From the NCBI GenBank assembly GCA_002189035.1, contig NEEC01000007.1, positions 3,472,001 through 3,536,000 on the forward strand: 64,000 bases of DNA. The letters are read 5' to 3'. The translations under genes and the position numbers were made by a program. This document shows positions 1-11,155 of this stretch, one piece after another. The notes under the pieces are model-generated. The model saw only the letters and a program-made list of their open reading frames with translations, made no database searches and had not been told where the DNA came from. Origin of the DNA: Utricularia gibba. Its lineage: Eukaryota > Plantae > Magnoliophyta. Positions within the stretch are counted from its first letter, which is position 1. The number at the start of each line of letters is the position of its first letter.

Positions 1-283
1 ATGATCACAAGTACTAGAGCACCACAATACTCTACAATACCATAATGAGAAATCGAGTGAACAAGAAGTAGCATGGTTACAAATCCATAATGGAGCTCCT
101 ACCCATAGTCCTCCCATCCACATGAAGGCTTGACATAGTTGGATTCCTCTTAAAACAAAAGTCAATAAAAGTCCATCCCTTTTCTCCAAGCAGTTGGTTT
201 TTGTAATTAGCTAAAATTACTTATTAAAACAGGCCTCTAGATGATTGGACTATCTTCAAGCTTGCCCAGTAGTATATGTATCA
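1..283 (-). repeat. Probable 5' part (U3) of the 3' LTR of a CRM-like Ty3/gypsy element, running off the window edge
   Basis: On the minus strand the integrase tail ...SRSNAFTPGEND overlaps a purine tract GGTGAGAA followed by TGATAC at 283. This PPT/TGAT junction overlapping the ORF end is typical of CRM-type elements. The other LTR end is not in the window. Confidence 0.45.
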
Positions 284-1045
284 TTCTCACCAGGTGTAAA
301 AGCATTTGATCTTGAATGCTCAGCATGCTAAGGGAATATGTGTTGCACAATGAAGACATCAGACGAGTGGAGCCAAGAGGTAGGCAAACTCTATAAGCAT
401 TAGAGTTGATCTTAGTCAAAACTTCAATAGGTCCTAGCTTCTTGAATGCAAGCTTATGATACCTGTTTTTTGTGACCAAAATCCAAACAAGATCACTTAC
501 GTGGAAATTTACATGGCACTGGCTCTTGTTGGTACTTTTCTTATGACATTCATTCACCTCCTGAAGGTGCTATTGAATTATTTGATGGAGGTCCTAAAGA
601 GAATGAATGAAGTCAGCTACATGATCATGATTGTGCTGCTGATTGGGTAAATTCACCGAGAGTTTCATGGATCCCCTAGTTGTCTTGAATATACAATCTA
701 AAAAGGGCTGAAACTATGCTTCGATTCAGAGTATGATTATGCACAAACTCAGCCTTAGATAAGTGTAGATCCCACGCTTTTAAATGATTGACCACCTTAG
801 TTTGATCGTTTGTTTTCAAGTGATATGTGCTACTAAAATTGAGATTTATATTGACTAATCTCCATAAACTTTTCCAAAATGCCCAAAAAACTTAGTGTCA
901 TGATCGGACACTATGATGAGAGGAAGACCATCCAAACGATACACTCCACACAAGAATATGTGGGTTATAATATTAACATCCAAGGTTCTTCGAAATAAAA
1001 TGTACTATTTTGTAGACTCCATCAACCACCACATAAATATAATAA
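284..1045 (-). pseudogene. Degraded Ty3/gypsy (CRM-like chromovirus) integrase core and C-terminus
   Basis: Manual minus-strand translation across frameshifts and stops: YVVVDGVYKIVHFI..., VYRLDGLPLIIVSDHDTKFFGHF/WKSLWRLVNINLNFSSTYH..TNDQTKVVN, KAWDLHLSKAEFVHNH, and FHVSDLVWILVTKNRYHKLAFKKLGPIEVLTKINSNAYRVCLP/SWLHSSDVF..PGEND (partly ORF 237..557). Confidence 0.8.
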
Positions 1046-1329
1046 TGAATATATAGAGAAATTCTGGTAAATTTTAAACGAAATCCATGTTGATATAAGT
1101 TCAAGGTTGATAAAAAATAGATAGTGAACAGTAGAGACCTGCATTAGAGATTGTTCTTTTGGCTCATTGACAAGTATGACTGATGTTGCGTTATATCTAG
1201 ATGTATTTATGTTTAGTTTTTAGTAATAATATGATAGAAATACTCAAACGAGAGAAGAAAATAGCTCAAAGTACATTGGCTCCAATTTCACATGATGAAA
1301 ACTCGAATGCACCCAATTTTCCCTTACTC

Positions 1330-1545
1330 TGATGACAAAGTGAGTTTACTGTTCAATAGAGGCCATGTGAATCTGGCTCATTTGGGTTGGCCCATGTGAT
1401 TTTACTAGTTCACTAGATATATTTTTTTTTAGAATAGGGGCAAAGTGAAAATAGAAGTATGGGTGAGAAGTTGAATTTGGAGGTGAGAGAACAAAAAGGA
1501 TAGTAGCCAACAACAGGGAAAATGATGAGTTCATAGTGTCTAAGC
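1330..1545 (-). repeat. Possible U5 end remnant of a 5' LTR belonging to the CRM-like element
   Basis: The minus strand ends ...GGGCCAACCCAAATGAGCCAGATTCACATGGCCTC...GTCATCA followed by GAGT, like an LTR end fused to a degenerate (T)ATCAGAG Met-PBS. Resemblance only; no second copy in the window to confirm it. Confidence 0.25.
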
Positions 1546-2066
1546 CTCAAGCTTTTATTTTCTACAAGATATATATTTTTTTACAACACGGCTTTTCTGT
1601 TGTGCCCGCCTTTTGTACCTCTCTGCCTCTTTTTTTTTCTTTACATATAGCTCGACTTTTTTTTAGATTTGAGCTTGCCTTTTATCATTCAAAATTTTTT
1701 ATGTGCATCAGCCATGATCTATGTGTCTAACTCAGCACTCCTCAAAAATCCACATACTAGCAGGCCACGTACAAGCTATTCACAAGAAAGTCTTAGTGCA
1801 AATAGAGCAAAACACAGGTCGCATGCATGCACTTTTCTACAAAATCTGGCTACCCTCATATAAGTCTTACGCAGGTAAGAACTAAAAAGGCTAAGTCCTC
1901 ATAGAAGCAAAGAGGTAGGTATCCTAAATGTCTAGAATGAACCGAAATTCCTAAACATGCTCAGCAGTACTCGAGGCAACAAAAGACAGACAAACAACTA
2001 CAAAACACATGCAAAGACTCATAAAACACAGAACAAAATTTACAAAACAAAGAGGGTAAAGGTCAG

Positions 2067-2408
2067 TCAAGGCTTAGGAGGAACAGTAGGACTTACGCAT
2101 GTTTGTAAGTCAAGAAGAGTCTCCAAATACATCTTCAGGGTGCCTACAGTGCCTCTCAACTCTCGATTTTCCTTCAAGCAGCAGTAGGGGCTGCACTCTT
2201 GGGACTACCCCTCACCGGGGTTCTGAAATTTCCTGGTCCTCAAGGAAATCCGCATAAATGAGGTCTGGTGTGAGTGGGGGTCCAGGGGTAAAGCGCTCCG
2301 ATGGAGGAGGAGTAGCAGAAAGTTTTCCATGGAAGAGTCGCAACGTTCTGAGAAAGGAAGGAATGCGCGCAAGAGAGAAATTAGCTGTTGGGAAGAAGGG
2401 TTTCCCAC
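2067..2408 (-). pseudogene. Putative short extra ORF downstream of Athila pol, split by one in-frame TAG
   Basis: ORF 2205..2408 (GTG start) continues in frame past TAG 2205-2207 as SQECSPYCCLKENRELRGTVGTLKMYLETLLDLQTCVSPTVPPKP to TGA at 2067-2069. No recognised domain. Confidence 0.25.
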
Positions 2409-2678
2409 TATTTTTAAATTGAACCCACTGGGCCTATGTAACTAAAAATAAAGAAAGAGTTGCAACTACACAGGATATGGGCTATTGCATCAGAAACTAA
2501 CAGTGGGGCAGACAAATTCAACAAGATAACTGATTGCAACCTCACAAAAGTAGAATGCATAACTAAAAGTGCAAAAGGAAAATAAAAATGCACAAAGGAA
2601 ATAAAAGTTGAAAATACTGGTTACCTCTCAGCGAGGACCCTAGAATAAGTCTTAGGTAAGACTTAAGTGCAAAATCAC

Positions 2679-3760
2679 TTAGAGGGGAATTTCAGTGAAT
2701 GCCACAACATCCACAGGGTGTCCCACTTCATCAATCATAAGGTCATGGAACACTTTCAATCTGTGACCATTCACAGTGAATGAGCTATGCATGTCTCTAT
2801 CAAACAACTCAATGGAACCATTAGGATTCACATGTTTAATCACAAAAGGTCCTTCCTAACGAGATTTCAGTTTACCTGGGTGAAGTTTGAGTTTAGACTG
2901 AAATAATAATACCTTTTGTCCAGGTTCAAAGTGCTTTCGCAAGATCTGACGGTCATGGAACTGCTTCGTGCATTCCTTGAAGATTTTAGAATTCATGTAG
3001 GCCTCATGTCTTAGCTCATCAAGCTCTGAAAGTTAGAGCTTTCTCAAGTCACCACTGCCTTGAATCTCCAAGTTCACTCGCTGGATCGCCCACCTTGCCT
3101 TCTGCTCTAATTCAATGGGCAAATGGCAATGTTTACCATATACAAGACGAAAAGGAGACATACCGATGGGGGTTTTGAAGGCTGTGCGAATTGACCACAA
3201 GGTGTCATTCAACTTGGAGCTCCAGTCCTTGCGAGAAGAAGTCACAATCTTTTCAAGAATTTGCTTGATCTCCCGATTAGAAACTTCTGCCTGCCCATTG
3301 GTCTCAGGGTGGTAAGAATTAGATGGCTTGTACTAGACTCCATATCTTTTCAACAATCTCTCCATAGCCTTGTTAAAGAAATGGCTTCCACGATCACTGA
3401 TCAAGGCTTTGGGTGTTCCAAACCTCACAAAGATGTTATTCTTCAAAAAACGTATGACTGAATGAGTATCTTGTGACTTGGTGGGAATTGCCTCTATCCA
3501 CTTTGAAACATAGTCCACTGCCACCAGAATATACTCATAGCCATCAGAGTATGGAAAGGGGCCCATAAAGTCTATACCCCACACATCGAACACTTCTGGA
3601 ACAACAATTGGCTGCATTGACATTTTATGGTGGTTGGAGATGTTCCCTGTTCTTTGGCAGTTTTTGCAGCTCTTATAGTAAGACTTGGCATCTTTGAAAA
3701 CTGTTGGCCAATAATAACCACAATCTAGTAACTTCTTGGAAGTACGGTTAGGACCATGGT
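2679..3760 (-). pseudogene. pol: Athila integrase (zinc finger, DDE core, C-terminus), disrupted
   Basis: [100 protein letters not shown]. Frameshifts near 3750 and 3330, premature stops at 3033 and ~2857, natural stop TAA at 2679-2681. Confidence 0.92.
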
Positions 3761-5545
3761 GCCCTCCACAAGGGACGCATGACAGAAAGCCAACACTTGC
3801 TGAATATCATCTTCGGCCAAGCAGCGTCGCACAACACCATCAGCACAATTTTTCCACAAATAGGGGTCATCCCAGAAATAGTGCTTACTTTCACTTTTCA
3901 ACTTCAACTTCTCATAACTCTTTAAGTCTAATGCCATCTCTCCAGTGCACAGATAATTGGCGATGTCAGCGTACCATGGTTCACTAGTCTTCCCTGCATC
4001 AGCCTTAATGGCACAGAGTTGTTCATCTGGAAATTCTTCAACAATAGGAATACCATCCATGGGTTGCTCGATTCTACTTAGGTGATCTGCGACTTCATTG
4101 AGCTTCCCAGGCTTATCCCTGATCTCCACATTGAACTCTTGCAGCAATAAGACCCACCTCATAAGCCTTGGTTTGGTCTCCTTCTTAGACATGAGGTGTT
4201 TGATGGCGGCATGGTCTGTGTGCACAATCACTTTGTTGCCCAGCAAATAGCTTCTGAACTTTTCCAAGGCAAATACCACAGCTAGCATCTCCTTCTCGGT
4301 TGTAGTGTAATTTGCTTGAACATTATCCAAGGTTTTGGAAGCATAGCTAATAACAGTGTCTTTTCCATCAAGTTTTTGGCCTAACACAGCTCCTACTGCA
4401 TAGTTGGATGCATCAGTCATCACATGGAAGGGCTCACTCCAATTGGGTGCTTGTATGATAGGAGCTGATGTCACTGCTGCTTTGAGAGTGTCAAAAGCAT
4501 GCTTACATTCATCTGAAAAAATAAACTCAGCATCCTTCTGCAAGAGATTGGTTAGTGGTCGAGCAACTTGAGAAAAACCTTTAATAAATCTCCTGTAAAA
4601 TCCGACATGGCCTAAAAATGCACGAATTCCTCTTTCATCACGTGGATATGGTAAACCAGAAATAGTACTTACCTTAGCAGGATCTACTGTAAGACCTACT
4701 GCAGAAACAACATGGCCAAGTACAATTCCTTGGTGCACCATGAAATGGCATTTTTCAGAGTTCAAAACTAAATCCTTTTCAACACAACGTTTCAACACAA
4801 GTTCCAAATGATTCAAACAATCATCAAAGCTAGTCCCATGCACAGTAAAGTCATCCATGAATACTTCAATGAAATCATCAATATAATCCGAAAAAATGCT
4901 GGTGACACACCTTTGAAAAGTCGCTGGGGCATTGCAGAGACCAAATGGCATCTTCTTGTACGCATAGGTGCTAAAGGGACAGGTAAAAGTTGTCTTTTCT
5001 TGATCATCCAGTGCCACAGCAACCTGCTTATACCCTGAGTACCCATCAAGAAAGCAATAAAAACTTTTACCACTTAACCTGTCCAACATTTGGTCCACGA
5101 AGGGTAGAGGGTAGTGATTCTTCCTTGTGACTTCATTCAGCTTCCTGTAGTCAATACATACCCTCCAGCCATTCTGAACTCGCGTCGCCACCTTCTTTCC
5201 ATCAGCATCTTCGACAACTGTAATTCCTGTCTTTTTAGGGACTACGTGGATAGGACTTACCCACGTGCTATAAGAAATTGAATAAAATCACTCTAGCTTT
5301 CAACAGCTTCTGTATTTCCTTCTTCACTACCTCCATGAGGGTAGGATTGAGCCTTCTCTGTGGTTGTCTAACCGGTTTTGCTCCGTCTTCAAGATAAATC
5401 CTATGCATGGTGACAACAGAGCTAATTCCGGTTATATCATCCAATGTCCAGCCGATGGCCTTGCTGTTAGCTTTGAGAACGTCCATCAACTTCATCTCTT
5501 CTTCAAAAGAAAGATCAGCACTAATAATCACCGGCTTTGAATTGT
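3725..5545 (-). pseudogene. pol: Athila reverse transcriptase-RNase H (plus start of integrase), frameshifted near 5280
   Basis: ORFs 5268..5531 and 3725..5191: [113 protein letters not shown]. Confidence 0.95.
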
Positions 5546-6190
5546 CACCAGCTCATCAACGACATCAACTCCAGTCACAGGTGCAAAATCATCAGGGAAC
5601 TTTTCAGCTTCATTGGTCTTAAAGATAGAGATATCATTGGCATAACCAATAGTGATGGCTCCTTTCCTACAATCAATTTGAGCATTTGCAGTAGCTAGGA
5701 AAGGGCGTCCCAGAATTAAAGTATTATCATTCACCCTAGCTGGAGGCATTTTAACAACAACAAAATCGCAAGGATAGCAGGTGTTAGAAACTCTAACAAG
5801 AACATCTTCCGCAATGCCCTCCGGAATGGCCACAGATCTGGTTGCAAGTTGTAACTTCAAGTTTGTTGGCCTGAGGGGTTCCAAATCTAGTGCCAAATAA
5901 ACTTCATAAGGCATCATGTTGATTGAAGCGCCTTGATCCGCCATTGCCCTGCTGATGAATTTAGTTCCTACCTGGATAGGAACAAAAAATGTCTCAGGTT
6001 CTGAACATTTTTCTGGCATTTGCTGTGTCAGGTAGGCTGAGACTTGAGCACTGACTTTGATCACTTCTACATCCTTGCTCTTCCTCTTCGAACTACATAG
6101 GTCTTTCAATACTTTCATCCCTTTCGGCACTTGCCTTAAATAATCTACAGCCTTCATGGTGATCATCGTAGAGTCTAAGGTTGAGATCAT
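5528..6190 (-). pseudogene. Athila aspartic protease region
   Basis: ORF 5528..6190: PEKCSEPETFFVPIQVG, MADQGASINMMP (DxGAS active-site-like motif), LQLATRS..PEGIAEDVLV, LILGRPFLATANAQID. The usual PR-RT linker appears deleted near 5545. Confidence 0.88.
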
Positions 6191-7837
6191 GGAGTCCTTC
6201 TCTTCTTGCCTTGCTCGATCTTGTAATCTTCCAGGAAAAGTAGGTGTCCTCTTGATCTCAACAGCAGGTTCCCCTGCTGTTTTTCCTTGTGTCCTATCCT
6301 CCGAATTAACTTCAGGACCTTCAGCCGCTTTGCTTTGCTTCCCCCACGAAGTTCAATAGCAGAAATATTTGCTTTCGGATTGGCATTTGGCTGAGATGGT
6401 AGTTTCCCTGAATTTCCTTTCAGTTCAGCGAGCTCTGTAGCAAGTTGGCCAATTTGCCTCTCAAGACTCTTCATCATCTTCTCTGATTCAGCATCTCTCC
6501 TTGCTTGTTCAGCATCATGTTTGGCCATATTTTCCAGCATCATCTTCATCATTTCTTCGGTTGAAGGATGTGGTTTAACACCCGAAGTGCTTGGCTGGTT
6601 GACTCTCTGATGTGGGGGTTGATAAGGCTTGCTTTGATACCTATTCCCCTGCTGAACACTCTGTCCTTGCTGAAACGAAATTGTTTGAGCTGGTTGATGC
6701 TGTTGATTAAATCCCAGATGTTGTGGATTTTCAACATTGGTGCTTCTCCAGCTGAAATTGGGATGACTCCTCATAGGCTCAAATCGCTGGTCATTCTTGG
6801 GCCTGAAATAATCAGCTCTATTATTCATGTACCCCATTGCATTCACTCCTTCAAGTGGTTCTTCCAGATTTCCTTTCATGGAGCAATGATCAGGAGTATG
6901 CCCCAAAATACCATAGACTTCACAAGGCATGGATTTAGCATGAACAAGAAATAATCCTTTCACTAGATCCTTCAATTCAGCAATATCCTTGTCATTTCTT
7001 GCTGCTTCATCTTCTCTTAGTACTCCCATCTTATTCACTTGTCGCTGGGCTCTGGATCGAAATTGAGAGTGCCTTGAATGTCCAACCATTTCTTTAATTT
7101 TCTCCCAGCCTTCAGATGGGGTAAGAGTCCTCATATTCCCATGTGCAGCAGAATCCAACTTGTCTCTTTGGGTAGCAGTCAAGCCCTTCAAAAAGCATTT
7201 ACCCTACTTCAATTTATCAAATCCATGATGTGGACAGCTCGAAAGAAGAGTAGTGAACCTGTCCCAATACTCATGTAAGGGCTCATCATAATCCTGAAAA
7301 AAAAATTTCAATTTTGCTTCGAATTTCGTCTGCTCTAGATGTAGGAAAAAATTGATTTAAAAATGCTTTCTTCATCTCCATCCAACTTCTAATACTTCCT
7401 GGTTCAAGTGTGTTGAACCAAGTCTTGGCATGTCCTTTAAGAGTAAATTGGAAGACTCTGAGTAGTAGATCGTCCTCAGTCACTTCCTTTGATCGCAGCA
7501 CAGCTCCAACAGCGATGCAATCGTCAATATGCATATGAGGATCCTCATTCTTGTTTCCATAATACTTAGGAAATAGAGCAAGGGTTCCTCACCTCAACTC
7601 CAAATTAATTGGTGCTGTAGGAAAGGTAATGCAGTGCCCTCAGTATGCATGATCTGGTGACTCATACTCTCCAATAGTCTTCTCCAAAATATTCACAAGC
7701 TGTTGGTTATTTGGTGGGTTGTCAGCCATCTCTTCGGCTATCAACTTAGCCTCTTACTTCTTTCTCAATAACTATTCAGTCCTCTCGATCACTAAATCAA
7801 GGGGTTCAAGTGGTCCTACAAAAGAACGTAAATGCAT
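6187..7837 (-). pseudogene. gag: Athila gag, with several stops and frameshifts
   Basis: Starts MHLRSFVGPLEPLDLVIERT at 7837. Contains FPKYYGNKNEDPHMH, LRVFQFTLKGHAKTWF, W.EMKKAFLNQFFP, EPLHEYWDRF..CPHHG, MRSHPNFSW, LERQIGQLA, GKLPSQP (ORFs 7286..7534 and 6187..7191). Frameshift in the poly-A run near 7300. Confidence 0.9.
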
Positions 7838-7865
7838 TAACAACACAGAAATTAATGGACACCAT

Positions 7866-7883
7866 TCCCCGGCAACGGCGCCA
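7866..7883 (-). promoter_or_regulatory. Primer-binding site, tRNA-Asp type
   Basis: The minus strand reads TGGCGCCGTTGCCGGGGA, 3 nt after the LTR end ...CCATCA. This is the canonical Athila PBS. Confidence 0.9.
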
Positions 7884-7886
7884 TTT

Positions 7887-9099
7887 TGATGGACGTTGGA
7901 ATAGGTTGCTAAATGTCGCGGTCTAGCACATTCAACACATCGAAAGAAATTTATAACCTAGCTATTCTACTACACAAATCATAGGAATTAATGTAGTGTG
8001 GCAAGCAAGGGTTGAATCCACAGGGAATGGTTGTCATTTCTCGAAGTTCATTGCATTTACTGAAAACAGAGGGTTTCCTGGGGTTTAGTTTTAACGCGGG
8101 TAGGATCTAAAATAACAGTGACTAAATAAACGAGTTGAAGGGTTGAAAAGGGACTGAAATTAACGTGGAGGTGCAGAAAACATAAAATAAAAGTAATTGA
8201 CTGGATTTTACACCAGGGTCTGGCTCTTGTGTCACTCAAGAGAGCCCTTAGGCTTAAACCCAGCTTGGAACGTTTAAAAACAGAGTAATAGTTTGCAGAA
8301 ACAGAGCATGGTTCACAGAAACAGTAAAAGCACGTTAAACTTAAAGGCAAACATGAAAGGCTTAGTCAAGAACATGATTAAATGCAGAAATAAGGCCTAT
8401 AGAGGATTTATCGTTCACGACAAGGTGCAAGAACATAACAGAAAGCATGTAAACGTTGAAGGAAACATCAGCTAGTTGTCAACGAAATAGAAGTGCGTAA
8501 ACTAGAAAATGAAGTGTCTAGCGGTTGCTCTCGATCGTAGATCTTCTGGAGATCAAGTTTCTGGGTGGATAGACGGTGTAAACACGTAGATCTGGAGGTC
8601 GCCGGAGACGTTCGCCGGAGAAATGAAGTTCTCCTCGCTCCGCTCGCTCCTGTTCGCTATCTGCGCACTCTGCGTGCACAGTGTACTCTCTGTTCTCTCC
8701 CTTCCTTTTTCCCTTTTGCAGCTCAAAAGTTAAGGTAGCATTGTCCTTTCCTCAGTCTTTTAGAAGGGAGATCTCTGCTCCAAATCTTATCTTTTCAAAA
8801 GGGTGGCTACTTTCGGTGGAAAGTGACTTTTGTACAGCTTTTTTGTCTCTTTTGACTTGTCAACGCGGAAAGTGCACTGCTATAGTACTAGCTCTTACCC
8901 TGGTAAGACTTAAAACATAGACTAGACGAAATATTAGAGTTTTCGGCCCAATTGTTGCCAATTGAGCCTGTTTTCACAATAAACACATTCTAACAGACTA
9001 AATACGCAAAGAAGACAATATAGTACACTAATTAACATTTATCCCCACAAAACATACTTAAAAACATGTACAAAAACACAACAGAAAACGGTGTTATCA
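7887..9099 (-). repeat. Athila 5' LTR (~1213 bp)
   Basis: Minus strand begins TGATAACACC at 9099 and ends ...CCATCA at 7887, immediately before the PBS. Termini are TGAT/ATCA inverted. Confidence 0.82.
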
Positions 9100-9178
9100 G
9101 TCCCTCTTGGTTCTTCACTAGTAGGGCGCGTTTGATTGCTGGGTTTAAGTGGGTTGCAGCGTGAGTTTAGACATAAAC

Positions 9179-9190
9179 CCACTGATACCA
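9179..9190 (-). promoter_or_regulatory. Copia primer-binding site (tRNA-iMet type), inverted relative to the copia ORF
   Basis: The minus strand reads TGGTATCAGTGG directly after the LTR end ...GCATCAACA (canonical TGGTATCAGAGC). Confidence 0.85.
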
Positions 9191-9434
9191 TGTTGATGCA
9201 AGAAAAAGAGAGTCTTGGGAAGTAACAAAAAGGTAATGCTTCTGAGATCACCTTGGATGAAAAACGACTCATGAACAATAAAAATGACCAAAACTCTCAT
9301 TCACGCATTCCTAGTAGGGTTTATATATACCCAATACCTAGGTTACCTAACAGTGGGCCACAATTATTGAAAACACACAAAAAGCCCAACAACTCGAATC
9401 CAACACTTCCATGCTCGAACTCAACACCTTTTAT
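9191..9434 (-). repeat. Inverted partial copia 5' LTR (last 244 of 320 bp)
   Basis: Reverse complement of 13922-14165 with 5 mismatches in 244 bp by manual alignment. Includes the TATATATAAA motif (9320-9329). Confidence 0.95.
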
Positions 9435-9442
9435 GTACCGAT

Positions 9443-11143
9443 TATCAAGCCATCTCTGAACATCTATTTGATGATATTGCAGAGTGTCAATCAGCAAAAG
9501 AAATATGGGATACTCTCAAATCCCATTATGAAGGTGATGCCAAACTGAGAGAAATATTATGCAAAAACAAGCTGGAGGACTTTGAGAGGAACAAAATGTT
9601 AGACAATGAAACCATACAAGTCTATTATGAACGTACTGCAAAGCTTGTGAAGGAGATTCGAGGATTGGGGGAAAAACTTGAGGATCAAAAGGTGATTAGC
9701 AAGGCAATCATGAGCCTACCTGCAAGATTCGAGCCAAAGTTATGTGCACTTGAGACAGAAAGAAAAATCCTTGACATTATTGAAGGAAAACTCCATCAGT
9801 TATATCCTGAATATCCTGTTACACCAGAGCCAACATTTAGAGAGTTCATGATTGAGTTGCAATCTACAGAAAAGAGATTGGAGCTAAGAGATGGTTATGA
9901 AGTTGAGAAAACTTATGGTGAAGCTGCTCTCCTCACCAAAATGCAGAATATGAATATAAACTCAGGTGCAATTAACAATGTCAAGGATGTCAAATCAACA
10001 GCCATCAAACAATCACCAACGTCAATCCCCACATCAACAATGGGCAATCAGAAGTGCAGGCATTGTGACAAATCCAACCATAAGAGTGAAGATTGTTGGA
10101 CTTTAAGCACAAATGCTTGCAAGCATTGTAACAAACAGAATCACAGGAGTGAGTTTTGTTGGTGGAAGCCTGATGCTTTGTGCACGAAATGCAATCAAAG
10201 AGGCCATCTTGACAAGGTATGTGGAATGTCAAATCCAATAAAAGTTGAGCATAACAAGAAGGCTACTTCCAGGGAAGAGAAATCACATGCATCCTTTACC
10301 TACTTTGAAGATGAGCCAGAAATATCTTTTGAAGATCCTTTTGAGTATGAGTGTGCTTTAATGACAGTAGCCTCAGATGCTAAAGGCTGGTACTTGGACT
10401 CTGGCGCCTCCTATCATGTATGTTGTGATACAAGGTCATTTCTCAAGCTTGAAAGGATTGGGAAGGAGGTAAGCACGTGCACTGGTGAAAATATTGGCAT
10501 TGTGGGCAAAGGAAGCATTTTACTCTTGCTAAAAGAAGGAATTGTTCAAGTTGATGATGTTTATTATTCACCAAACCTCAAACAGAACCTGTTGAGCTTT
10601 GGCCAATTGAGCAGGCAAGGTTTTGACATTGAGCTGATGAAAGATGCTGGTGGTATAACCACTACAGTTAAGGTTGCTGATCCAAAAACGAAGATTGAAT
10701 TCCATGCTGTGTTGACCACCTACAACCTCTACCAAATCATGGTCAGTGATCATAAAAGTTGTATTTTCTCACTTCAGGATCAAAGCAGCCTTTGGCACAA
10801 ACGTTTTGGGCACTATAGCTTCAACAATCTGAAAATATTGCAGAAGAATAAGGAAGTACTGGAATTGAAAGACATCAAGTTTGCTAATGCCATATGTGAA
10901 GTGTGTCATCAAGGTAAACAGTGTAGAAAGCCCTTTTATTCCAGTGATTCAGTAGCAAAGGAGAAATTAGAGCTTGTGCATACAGATGTTTGTGGACCAT
11001 TTAAGGAATGTTCATTAGGGGGGAGTAGATACTTTGTTACATTCATTGATGATTATTCACGTTATTGTTGGGTTTACTTTCTTAAAAGCAAGTCAGAAGT
11101 TCCTCATATCTTTCGAAAATTCAAAGTGATGGTTGAGAATTAG
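9443..11143 (+). pseudogene. gag: Copia gag (N-terminally truncated), three CCHC knuckles, protease, GAG-pre-integrase and integrase N-half
   Basis: The frame opens before the ATG at 9596 (YQAISEHLFDDIAECQSAKEIWDTLKSHYEG). Motifs: CRHCDKSNHKSEDC, CKHCNKQNHRSEFC, CTKCNQRGHLDKVC, WYLDSGASYH, LWHKRFGH..CEVC..GKQ, LVHTDVCGP, FIDDYSRY. Ends at an in-frame TAG at 11141-11143. Confidence 0.95.
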
Positions 11144-11155
11144 AGTGGATGCTCT

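Larger units (their letters stand above)
1546..9099 (-). mobile_element. Athila-type Ty3/gypsy LTR retrotransposon, decayed and truncated at its 3' end (no 3' LTR/PPT found)
   Basis: TGAT...ATCA-bounded LTR, tRNA-Asp PBS, domain order gag-PR-RT-RH-INT, RT motif VFMDDF, and a long A/T-rich 3' non-coding region. The left boundary is approximate. Confidence 0.9.

Noticed and set aside
9191-9440. Autointegration as the cause of the inverted LTR
   Set aside because: Integrase-mediated joins occur at LTR termini; this junction lies 76 bp inside the LTR.
456-9459. Small plus-strand ORFs over the gypsy remnants and LTRs (e.g. 456..650, 1957..2187, 6568..6954, 8681..8920, 9253..9459)
   Set aside because: They are antisense or shadow frames of retrotransposon genes, or low-complexity LTR sequence, with no recognisable domains.
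11141-11143. Programmed stop-codon readthrough in the copia polyprotein
   Set aside because: The TAG is in mid-integrase, where VENQSG is expected, not at a gag/pol or pol/env boundary. A C-to-T nonsense mutation is simpler.
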